From the NCBI GenBank assembly GCA_964399855.1, contig CAYNSF010000002.1:71691-135690 (forward strand): a stretch of DNA of 64,000 nucleotides. The letters run 5' to 3'. Positions within the stretch are counted from its first letter, which is position 1; the number at the start of each line of letters is the position of its first letter. The notes under the pieces are model-generated. The model ran no database searches. It saw only the letters and a program-made list of their open reading frames with translations, and was not told where the DNA came from. The translations under genes were made by a program, and so were the position numbers. The stretch comes from an uncultured Aureispira sp. (GTDB lineage Bacteria; Bacteroidota; Bacteroidia; Chitinophagales; Saprospiraceae). Positions 56,858 to 64,000 of the stretch are shown here, one piece after another.

Positions 56858-59284
56858 CTAAAATTCAAAAATAAATCCAATAGAAGGTACAATGGTTGCT
56901 GTCCTTTGCTCTAAAATGAGTGGAATTGCATTACTTCCGTCTGATTTTACGCTTTGATTGTCTGTGGTTTTAAATCCTGAATTATCCTCTAATCTTTCAA
57001 AAGTGAATTTAGGTAAATACGGAGTTTTATAAAATAATATGTTTTGGAAATCTACAAAAACCTTGAGACTAACCTTTTTGAAATTATATTGCTTATCGAC
57101 TCTCAAATCCAATTGACTAAATAGAGGTAGCTTTTGGCTGTTTAATTGAGTATAATCATAAATGCCAGTACCATTCGTAAGATACATTGCTGTTGACGCT
57201 GACAGGTCAAAAGGCGTATAAGGTTGTCCACCTGCGAGTCTGTATTTTAGCCCTATATCCCAATTTTTATTAAATTTATATCCTAAAGTTGTTGAAAGTA
57301 TATAGCCATAATCCCATGTAGAAGATTTTAATACTTGATCTGTGCCAGAGAATGTTGATTTATAAACGGTAGCACTGGCAACGTAAAATAGATTTTTTAT
57401 CAATTTTTGTTGTAAATAAGCTTCTATGCCATATACTCGACCTTTACCTGTGGAGGTATAAGATTCTCCGCCTACAGCCGAATAATCTGTTCCAATATTA
57501 GCAAAGGATATTCCATTTGTAGTGGATACAGGATAGTTGTTATAATCTTTGTAAAAGGCTTCTAAAGTAAATCGCAAATCGTTTTTTGGTACGAATTCGG
57601 TTCCCACCGTATAGTGAATAGCATTGATATATTTCAGATTTCTATTGCTATATGTATCGTCACGATCTACAAATCCTAACATGGTATATACTGGAAGTTT
57701 GTAATAGGTACCTACTGAAGCAGAAACACTCCATAAAGGATTGAGATGGTAAGAAAATGAGATGCGTGGTGAAAAGGTTTTCATAGGATTTGTTCCATCA
57801 TTTGTAAAGGTGTTGATGTCGGATCTCAAACCTCCAGAAATTAAAAACTTATCATCTAAGAAATACTTTGACACTTGTCCATACAATCCAAATTTGAAAA
57901 AACTAATTGCGGAACTATTAGAAACGTTTATTGCGGGCGTGACGATCGATCCTAACGAGTCCTTTTCTGCATCTTGAATGGTGTTGAAAATATCAGCGTC
58001 ATATTTTACATATTGTGCCGCTGCACCATAACTGTATTTCCACCCATTGACATATTTGTTTATATCTATTCTCAATTTGTTTTCTATTTCGTGGCTTGAC
58101 AGCGTAAATAGCTTGTCTCCTTGTTTTAAGGCGTTGTCTGGATATCTGTCTGCGCCATTAAAAAACATATTTCTACTTAATGCTATCGTATAATATCCGT
58201 GATTTACCATTCTTTTGAAAGTTCCACCAACGGTGTAATTCCATTGTTTTATCAAGGGATTTGCTCGATTGATATACGCATTATTCGCATCGCTATTTTT
58301 AGGTACTGCCAGTTTAAAATTGTCGATGGCTCCTAAACCAATAAAATTGAGTTCTGTCTTATTATTAATTTTGTGGTTAATTTTATATTGAAAATCATAG
58401 TAATCAGGGCGGATAGGTAAGTCCAATAGTTTAAAAAGAAACTGAAGGTACGAACGTCTTGCAGAAACCATAAAAGTTGTTTTATGATTGAATGGACCTT
58501 CAAGCATGGCAGCAAATTCACTTCCAGAAAGTCGGATATTTCCACTGAGTTTTTCAGGATTTCCACTTCTTTGCTTGATAACGATTGTAGATGCTAATGC
58601 ATTGTCATATTTTCCATTGAATGCAGATGATGTCAATTGGACATCCTGAATAAAGGAAATATTTAGAATGCCTGTTGCACCACCACTCGCACCTTGCGTT
58701 TGAAAATGATTTAAAACAGGGATTTCTATTCCATCCAAGTAATATACGTTTTCGCTCGGACCACCACCACGAACGATGATGTCGTTTCTATTGGGCGTTG
58801 TACCACCGGCTACACCAGGTAAAACCTGTATTACTTTTGATACATCAAAATTGCCTCCTGGATTTAATTTTATTTCTTCTGAGGTCAGCCGTTGAGTAGC
58901 TAATGGTGTTACCATATCTGTTGCCCTGACAGTTTTACCGAGACTTATGACGACTTCTTGCAATTCCTGACTTTTTACATCTAATTCAATTTGAAGGATT
59001 TGAGCATTGCCTGAACCCACATTCAGATTGTATTGCTCATAAGGAGCGTAGCCAATATACGATGTTTTTAAATTGTATTTTCCAATGGGCATCTTGATAG
59101 AAAATGCACCATTTTCATCACTAACCACGCCTATGGTGTCATTTCCTAAAAACTGTATGACGACTCCGATTAATAATTCTTGTGTGTTTCTGTCTTTAAC
59201 AGTACCAATCACATTGCCTAACATTTGAGCATTCAAACTATAAGTACATAGTATTAAAACGCCGATAAAACTTAATTTTTTCAT
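56858..59284 (-). CDS. TonB-dependent receptor with N-terminal carboxypeptidase-regulatory-like domain
   Basis: 808 aa with a signal peptide. CarboxypepD_reg-like segment (GTVKDRNTQELLIGVVIQ...YNLKTSYIGY), plug, then barrel ending GFIFEF. Confidence 0.85.
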   Translation of the reverse strand: MKKLSFIGVLILCTYSLNAQMLGNVIGTVKDRNTQELLIGVVIQFLGNDTIGVVSDENGAFSIKMPIGKYNLKTSYIGYAPYEQYNLNVGSGNAQILQIELDVKSQELQEVVISLGKTVRATDMVTPLATQRLTSEEIKLNPGGNFDVSKVIQVLPGVAGGTTPNRNDIIVRGGGPSENVYYLDGIEIPVLNHFQTQGASGGATGILNISFIQDVQLTSSAFNGKYDNALASTIVIKQRSGNPEKLSGNIRLSGSEFAAMLEGPFNHKTTFMVSARRSYLQFLFKLLDLPIRPDYYDFQYKINHKINNKTELNFIGLGAIDNFKLAVPKNSDANNAYINRANPLIKQWNYTVGGTFKRMVNHGYYTIALSRNMFFNGADRYPDNALKQGDKLFTLSSHEIENKLRIDINKYVNGWKYSYGAAAQYVKYDADIFNTIQDAEKDSLGSIVTPAINVSNSSAISFFKFGLYGQVSKYFLDDKFLISGGLRSDINTFTNDGTNPMKTFSPRISFSYHLNPLWSVSASVGTYYKLPVYTMLGFVDRDDTYSNRNLKYINAIHYTVGTEFVPKNDLRFTLEAFYKDYNNYPVSTTNGISFANIGTDYSAVGGESYTSTGKGRVYGIEAYLQQKLIKNLFYVASATVYKSTFSGTDQVLKSSTWDYGYILSTTLGYKFNKNWDIGLKYRLAGGQPYTPFDLSASTAMYLTNGTGIYDYTQLNSQKLPLFSQLDLRVDKQYNFKKVSLKVFVDFQNILFYKTPYLPKFTFERLEDNSGFKTTDNQSVKSDGSNAIPLILEQRTATIVPSIGFIFEF

Positions 59285-59365
59285 GAAATTTATCTTTAAT
59301 AGTGCAAAAGTAAACTAAATATTTAAAATAAAGTATAAAATAATACTTAATATTGTATTAAATAG

Positions 59366-59373
59366 TATCTTTG
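59366..59373 (+). promoter_or_regulatory. candidate -7 box (TATCTTTG) for the carotenoid cluster
   Basis: Matches TAnnTTTG, 19 nt upstream of the ATG at 59392. Confidence 0.35.
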
Positions 59374-59391
59374 TACTCTAAATCACTAATC

Positions 59392-60051
59392 ATGGATTAT
59401 AAACTGATTAAAGAGGTCATCGGTTTAGTGGAACAATATGAAACCGAAAGCAAGCAAAATAAAGGCATGGAATCTTCTGTTGAAGGCTTCAAAAAATGGA
59501 TTGTCGATAATTATGAAGCAGACGGTGAAGTGTATGAACCCAACTGGGAAGGAAAAGAAAACGGCCGCAGTCCAGAAAGTGTGATTAATACCTTGATTGT
59601 ACACATGAATCGCTATGCCAAAAGTTATTCAAAGTCGGCGATTTTTGGCTCTAATTTTTCATCACAGGAAGATTTTATATTTCTGATTAATCTGAAAGCT
59701 TTTGGCGAAATGAGCAAGATGGACTTAATCAAAAAGAATGTGCAGGAAAAACCGGCAGGTATGCAGATTATCAATCGCTTGATAGCTCAGAAATGGGTGG
59801 CACAGCAAGATTCAGAAACGGACAAAAGAAGTAAGGTAATTTCTATTACGCCAAAAGGGCTAAAAGCTCTGGAAGCACAAATGGATAAAATCAGAAAAGC
59901 AACTGAAATTGTAACGGGAGATTTAAGTCAAAGCGAAAAAATGGAACTAATCCGTTTGCTCAACAAACTCAACGATTTTCATAAACCTATTTATGACAAA
60001 AATATAGAACCTGAATATTTGTTGGCAAAAGCCTTAAAAAATGAAAACTAA
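59392..60051 (+). CDS. MarR-family transcriptional regulator
   Basis: Winged-helix region (MSKMDLIKKNVQEKPAGMQIINRLIAQKWVAQQDSETDKRSKVISITPKG). I prefer the ATG at 59392 over the TTG at 59371. Its stop overlaps the crtI start. Confidence 0.7.
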   Translation: MDYKLIKEVIGLVEQYETESKQNKGMESSVEGFKKWIVDNYEADGEVYEPNWEGKENGRSPESVINTLIVHMNRYAKSYSKSAIFGSNFSSQEDFIFLINLKAFGEMSKMDLIKKNVQEKPAGMQIINRLIAQKWVAQQDSETDKRSKVISITPKGLKALEAQMDKIRKATEIVTGDLSQSEKMELIRLLNKLNDFHKPIYDKNIEPEYLLAKALKNEN

Positions 60052-61532
60052 TGAAGAAGAAAATAGCCCTTATCGGTTCTGGTTTTTCGGGTTTGTCGGC
60101 TGCTGCATATCTGGCAAAGGCAGGAAATGAGGTACACGTTTTTGAGAAACACGACCAACCAGGCGGCAGAGCAAGACAATTTACGACCGAGCAAGGTTAC
60201 CTTTTTGATATGGGGCCAAGCTGGTATTGGATGCCCGATATTATGGAGGCTTTCTTTGCTGATTTCGGTCACAAAACGGCTGATTTCTTTGAGTTGGTTT
60301 CTTTAAATCCACAGTTTGAAATGATTTTTTCTGATGAAAAAATTGATGTGCCTGAAAATCTGGAAGATTTAAAAATCTTGTTTGAAAAAATTGAAAAAGG
60401 TGCAGGCTTGCAATTGGAAAAATTTATGCAATCGGCAAAATTCAAATACGAAGTGGGAATGCAGAATTTTGTAAACAAACCTTGCCATAATTGGTTAGAA
60501 TTTGTTTCGCCCAAAATAGCCAAAAGTGCATTGAAGTTAGATTTGCTCACTAATTTCAGAAGCTATGTTGGTCGATATTTTAAAAGCGAAAAGCTAAGAA
60601 CCTTAATGGAATTTCCCGTGATATTTTTAGGTGCTTCTCCCAAAAATATTCCGGCATTGTACAGCCTGATGAACTACGGAGGCTATGCTTTGGGCACGCA
60701 TTATCCTTTGGGCGGCTTTTATCAATTAGTGTTAGCGATGAAAAATGTAGCCGAAAAACAAGGTGCAATTTTTCATTTTAATAAAACCGTTGAACGCATC
60801 AATACGCAAAACGACAAGGTAAAATCTCTAACTATCAATGGCGAAATCTTTGAGTTTGATGCCGTGATTGCTTCTTCGGATTATCATCATACTGAAACGC
60901 TTTTGGACACAGCGTATAGAAATTATGATGAGGAGTATTGGAAGAAAAAAACATTTGCTCCATCGAGCCTGATTTTCTATTTGGGCATCAATGAAACCAT
61001 TCCCAATCTGAAACACCATACGCTTTTCTTTGAGAATGATTTGGATGAACATATTGACTGTATTTATGAAGCTAAAAAATGGCCAGAAAAACCTTTGTTT
61101 TATGCTTGTTGTCCATCAAAAACTGATGACAATGTTGCTCCCGAAGGAAAAGAAAACTTGTTTTTGCTGATGCCGTTGGCTATCGGGATAAACGATGAAG
61201 AAGCTATTAGGGAAAAGTACTTAACAGAAATGCTTAAAAGACTTGAAAAACACACAGGCATAAGCGATTTGCAGTCTAAAATTGAGTACAAAAGAAGTTA
61301 TTGTGTCAGTGATTTTGTGTCAGACTACAATGCGTATGGCGGCAATGCCTACGGACTGGCAAACACGCTTGGTCAGACTGCGGTTTTGAAACCTAAAATC
61401 AGTAACAAAAAGCTGAAAAACCTATTCTACACTGGTCAACTGACGGTTCCGGGGCCGGGCGTTCCACCGTCAATCATATCGGGAAGAATTGTAGCCAACG
61501 AAATAAACAAAACTAAAAACCGAGTACTATGA
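60051..61532 (+). CDS. crtI: phytoene desaturase
   Basis: 493 aa. FAD fold IGSGFSGLSAAAYLAKAG and C-terminal GQLTVPGPGVPPS are typical of CrtI. Confidence 0.9.
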   Translation: MKKKIALIGSGFSGLSAAAYLAKAGNEVHVFEKHDQPGGRARQFTTEQGYLFDMGPSWYWMPDIMEAFFADFGHKTADFFELVSLNPQFEMIFSDEKIDVPENLEDLKILFEKIEKGAGLQLEKFMQSAKFKYEVGMQNFVNKPCHNWLEFVSPKIAKSALKLDLLTNFRSYVGRYFKSEKLRTLMEFPVIFLGASPKNIPALYSLMNYGGYALGTHYPLGGFYQLVLAMKNVAEKQGAIFHFNKTVERINTQNDKVKSLTINGEIFEFDAVIASSDYHHTETLLDTAYRNYDEEYWKKKTFAPSSLIFYLGINETIPNLKHHTLFFENDLDEHIDCIYEAKKWPEKPLFYACCPSKTDDNVAPEGKENLFLLMPLAIGINDEEAIREKYLTEMLKRLEKHTGISDLQSKIEYKRSYCVSDFVSDYNAYGGNAYGLANTLGQTAVLKPKISNKKLKNLFYTGQLTVPGPGVPPSIISGRIVANEINKTKNRVL

Positions 61533-62365
61533 AACAGCTATTTGACGAACTTTCTTACTCGGTAAGCAAGATAACTACACAGAAATACAGTACCAGTTTT
61601 TCTTTGGGCATTTTGGCTCTAAAATCCTCTATTCGTAAGGCTATTTATGCCATTTATGGATACGTGAGATTGGCAGATGAAATTGTGGACAGCTTTCACG
61701 GATACGATAAAGAGAAATTACTAAATAGGTTGAAGCAAGAAACGGACAATGCAATACAGGAAGGTATTTCACTCAATCCTATTTTGCAATCTTTTCAGGA
61801 AACGGTAAATAAATACGGTATCGACAAAAGTTTGATTGACCAGTTTTTGCACAGTATGGAGATGGATTTGCAGCAAGTGGATTACGATTCTGAATTGTAC
61901 AAAGAATACATTTTCGGTTCGGCAGAAGTGGTTGGCTTGATGTGTTTACAGGTTTTTGTCAATGGAAATAAAGAGAAATACGAAGAACTAAAACCTTATG
62001 CCATGAAGCTGGGTTCGGCATTTCAGAAAATCAATTTCCTGAGGGATTTGAAAGATGACTATCAGATTTTGGGACGTACTTATTTTCCAAATATTGATAT
62101 GAATGTATTTGACAATGCTGTGAAATCAGAAATTGAAACAGAAATTGAAGAAGAATTTAAAGAAGCCTTAATCGGTATTAAAAAACTTCCCAATTCATCA
62201 AGTTTTGGGGTGTATTTGGCCTATAAATATTATTGGTCTTTGTTTAAAAAGATAAAAAGAAAATCTTCGAAAGAGATACTGAATAGCAGAGTTCGTATTC
62301 CCAATTCTGAAAAAGCTTATGTAGCATTTGCAAGTTATGTGAGATTTAAAACGGCTTGTTTATGA
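61529..62365 (+). CDS. crtB: phytoene synthase
   Basis: 278 aa. YGYVRLADEIVD (first Asp-rich motif) and NFLRDLKDD (second). 4-nt overlap with crtI. Confidence 0.9.
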   Translation: MKQLFDELSYSVSKITTQKYSTSFSLGILALKSSIRKAIYAIYGYVRLADEIVDSFHGYDKEKLLNRLKQETDNAIQEGISLNPILQSFQETVNKYGIDKSLIDQFLHSMEMDLQQVDYDSELYKEYIFGSAEVVGLMCLQVFVNGNKEKYEELKPYAMKLGSAFQKINFLRDLKDDYQILGRTYFPNIDMNVFDNAVKSEIETEIEEEFKEALIGIKKLPNSSSFGVYLAYKYYWSLFKKIKRKSSKEILNSRVRIPNSEKAYVAFASYVRFKTACL

Positions 62366-62826
62366 TGAAAATCTTCCCTTTGCTGATGTCTGTTTTTTGT
62401 CTTTTTGCAGTATTTGAAGTGCGTGCAGACATAATAGACGAGGTGCGAAAAAATTACAGTAAAATGGCTTCAAACGAAGGTTTGTGTAAAACTTCGATTG
62501 CGAATTTGAACGAAACAAAAAACAATTCGGCTACGCATTTGGGATATTTGGGAGGCTTGCAAACCATTTGGGCAAACCATATTTTTAGTCCGATAAGTAA
62601 GCTCAATACATTCAATAAAGGAAAGAAAAACATAGAACAAGCCATAAAAAAAGAACCGAATAATGTTGAGTTGAGGTTTATTCGGCTTTCTGTTCAGAAA
62701 AATGCTCCAGCTTTTTTGGGGTATCAATCGAATATCAAAGAAGATATGCAATTTATTGAAAATAATCGTAGTGAAATAAAATCGGAGGTACTGAATAAAT
62801 ACATAGAACCGCTACTCAAAAAATAG
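62356..62826 (+). CDS. hypothetical exported helical protein inside the carotenoid cluster
   Basis: 156 aa with a signal peptide. Overlaps crtB by 10 nt. No motif recognised. Confidence 0.5.
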   Translation: MFMMKIFPLLMSVFCLFAVFEVRADIIDEVRKNYSKMASNEGLCKTSIANLNETKNNSATHLGYLGGLQTIWANHIFSPISKLNTFNKGKKNIEQAIKKEPNNVELRFIRLSVQKNAPAFLGYQSNIKEDMQFIENNRSEIKSEVLNKYIEPLLKK

Positions 62827-62829
62827 AAA

Positions 62830-63300
62830 ATGAAACATCAATTATACAGAGAACAACAATTGCATTGCGACATAGAAACGGCTTGGGCGTTTTTCTCATC
62901 TCCTATGAATTTATCGAAAATAACACCAAAAGACATGGGGTTTACGGTACAGTCCGATTTTGAAAATGAACCGATATTTGAAGGAATGTTAATTGATTAC
63001 ACCGTTTCGCCGATATTGGGTATTCCGCTAAAATGGAAGACGAGAATTACTCAGGTAGATGCACTAAAAAGTTTTACCGATTTTCAGCAAAAAGGTCCTT
63101 ACAAATATTGGAATCATTTTCACGAATTTATTCCAAACGCAGACGGAGTGCTGATGAAAGATACAGTAGATTATGAGTTGCCTTTGGGTGTATTGGGAAC
63201 TATTGCACATCGTACATTCGTAAAAAAGAAATTGGAGTCGATTTTTAATTTTCGCTACCAAGTTTTAGAACAACAATTTAAAAAAACGATTTCGATATGA
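62830..63300 (+). CDS. SRPBCC-family (START/cyclase-dehydrase-like) protein
   Basis: 156 aa. Size and pattern (W..F......L..ITP, KWKTRITQVD, YWNHFHEF) match SRPBCC ligand-binding proteins from memory. Confidence 0.55.
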   Translation: MKHQLYREQQLHCDIETAWAFFSSPMNLSKITPKDMGFTVQSDFENEPIFEGMLIDYTVSPILGIPLKWKTRITQVDALKSFTDFQQKGPYKYWNHFHEFIPNADGVLMKDTVDYELPLGVLGTIAHRTFVKKKLESIFNFRYQVLEQQFKKTISI

Positions 63301-63755
63301 ATATTTTAATCACATTGCTCACATTTATATTGATGGAAGGAGCGACTTGGATTATTCACAAATATGTGATGCACGGTTTTCTGTGGGTGTTGCACAGGGA
63401 CCACCACGACCATAGCAATGAGGGTGTTTTGGAGAAAAACGACTATTTCTTCGTGATTTTCGCCTTGCCAACCATAGCCTTGATGTACTTTGGTTCGTTA
63501 AACGATTTCAATTATTTGTTCTTTATCGGCTTGGGCATTATGCTGTACGGAATGGCGTATTTTTTTGTACACGATATTTTTATTCATCAACGAATAAAAT
63601 TTTTCACACACACCAAAAACCCTTATTTTTTGGCACTTCGCAGGGCTCATAAGCAACATCACAAGCACACGGGCAAGGAAGACGGCGAATGTTTTGGGTT
63701 TCTGTATGTGCCATTCAAATATTTCAGGATGTTTTTTAAAACCGACAAAAAATGA
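63297..63755 (+). CDS. crtZ: beta-carotene hydroxylase
   Basis: 152 aa. His boxes HRDHHDH, HDIFIHQ and HKQHHKH in a 4-TM protein. Confidence 0.85.
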   Translation: MNILITLLTFILMEGATWIIHKYVMHGFLWVLHRDHHDHSNEGVLEKNDYFFVIFALPTIALMYFGSLNDFNYLFFIGLGIMLYGMAYFFVHDIFIHQRIKFFTHTKNPYFLALRRAHKQHHKHTGKEDGECFGFLYVPFKYFRMFFKTDKK

Positions 63756-64000
63756 TGGCTTATACTTACGCATTGATATTATTTTTCACGGTCATCATTT
63801 GTTTCATCGCCTCTTTTGACAAGCGGGTACAGTTTAACCGCCATTTCGGAGCATTTCTAAAAGCGGCTGTTCTAGTTGCTATTCCTTTCATCGCTTGGGA
63901 TGTTTGGTTTACGGCACAAGGCGTTTGGTGGTTCAATACCGATTACACGCTTGGCATAGTCATCGCAGGATTGCCTTTGGAAGAATGGCTGTTTTTTATT
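63752..64000 (+). CDS. lycopene cyclase domain protein (CrtYc/d type), 3' end beyond window
   Basis: ATGA start/stop overlap with crtZ. Open to the window end. MMAYTYALILFF...GLPLEEWLFFI contains the PLEE motif of heterodimeric-type lycopene cyclases. Confidence 0.7.
   Translation, partial: MMAYTYALILFFTVIICFIASFDKRVQFNRHFGAFLKAAVLVAIPFIAWDVWFTAQGVWWFNTDYTLGIVIAGLPLEEWLFFI

Noticed and set aside
54242-64000. Claim that the Fic-IS-TonB-carotenoid segment is a compositionally distinct genomic island
   Set aside because: Spot counts of GC in a few 60-nt lines (about 35-48%) overlap those in the nuo operon (about 42%). I cannot compute windowed composition reliably by eye, so there is no supportable difference.

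Overview
The window looks like low-GC Bacteroidota chromosome. The evidence for that placement is a T9SS-type C-terminal sorting domain, TAnnTTTG-type -7 promoter boxes, a DUF3276/PUR-like protein and many TonB-dependent receptors. All calls rest on reading the ORF translations and the DNA by eye, with no searches run. Most of it is housekeeping:
- a complete 14-gene NADH:quinone oxidoreductase operon, nuoA-N, on the minus strand (34.4-47.3 kb)
- etfBA, ung, queD, tcdA, a TatD hydrolase and a DEAD-box helicase
- two Fe/Mn superoxide dismutases
- an Omp85-family protein and an ABC exporter
- at the right edge, a zeaxanthin-type carotenoid cluster (MarR, crtI, crtB, crtZ and a lycopene cyclase domain gene).

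Accessory content:
- a HmuY-like/TonB-receptor locus
- a three-gene Cys/His-rich outer-membrane module that may handle metal
- a di-haem peroxidase, a porin and a lipoprotein grouped together
- a class II Fic gene
- a decayed IS4-like element.

The most interesting signals are non-coding. First, there is an unannotated MITE-like repeat family with four copies. It has terminal inverted repeats and a covarying central hairpin. One copy sits between nuoF and nuoG and supplies the nuoF stop codon. Second, there are strand-asymmetric low-complexity modules between genes. Two lie between convergent genes and have G-rich/C-poor words, then an A8-9 run, then C-rich/G-poor words. I read these as candidate bidirectional Rho-dependent terminators. 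Third, several spacers hold clusters of short GC-clamped hairpins. I found no CRISPR array, tRNA, rRNA or recognisable defence system. Whether any of these elements is already described cannot be judged without database searches.
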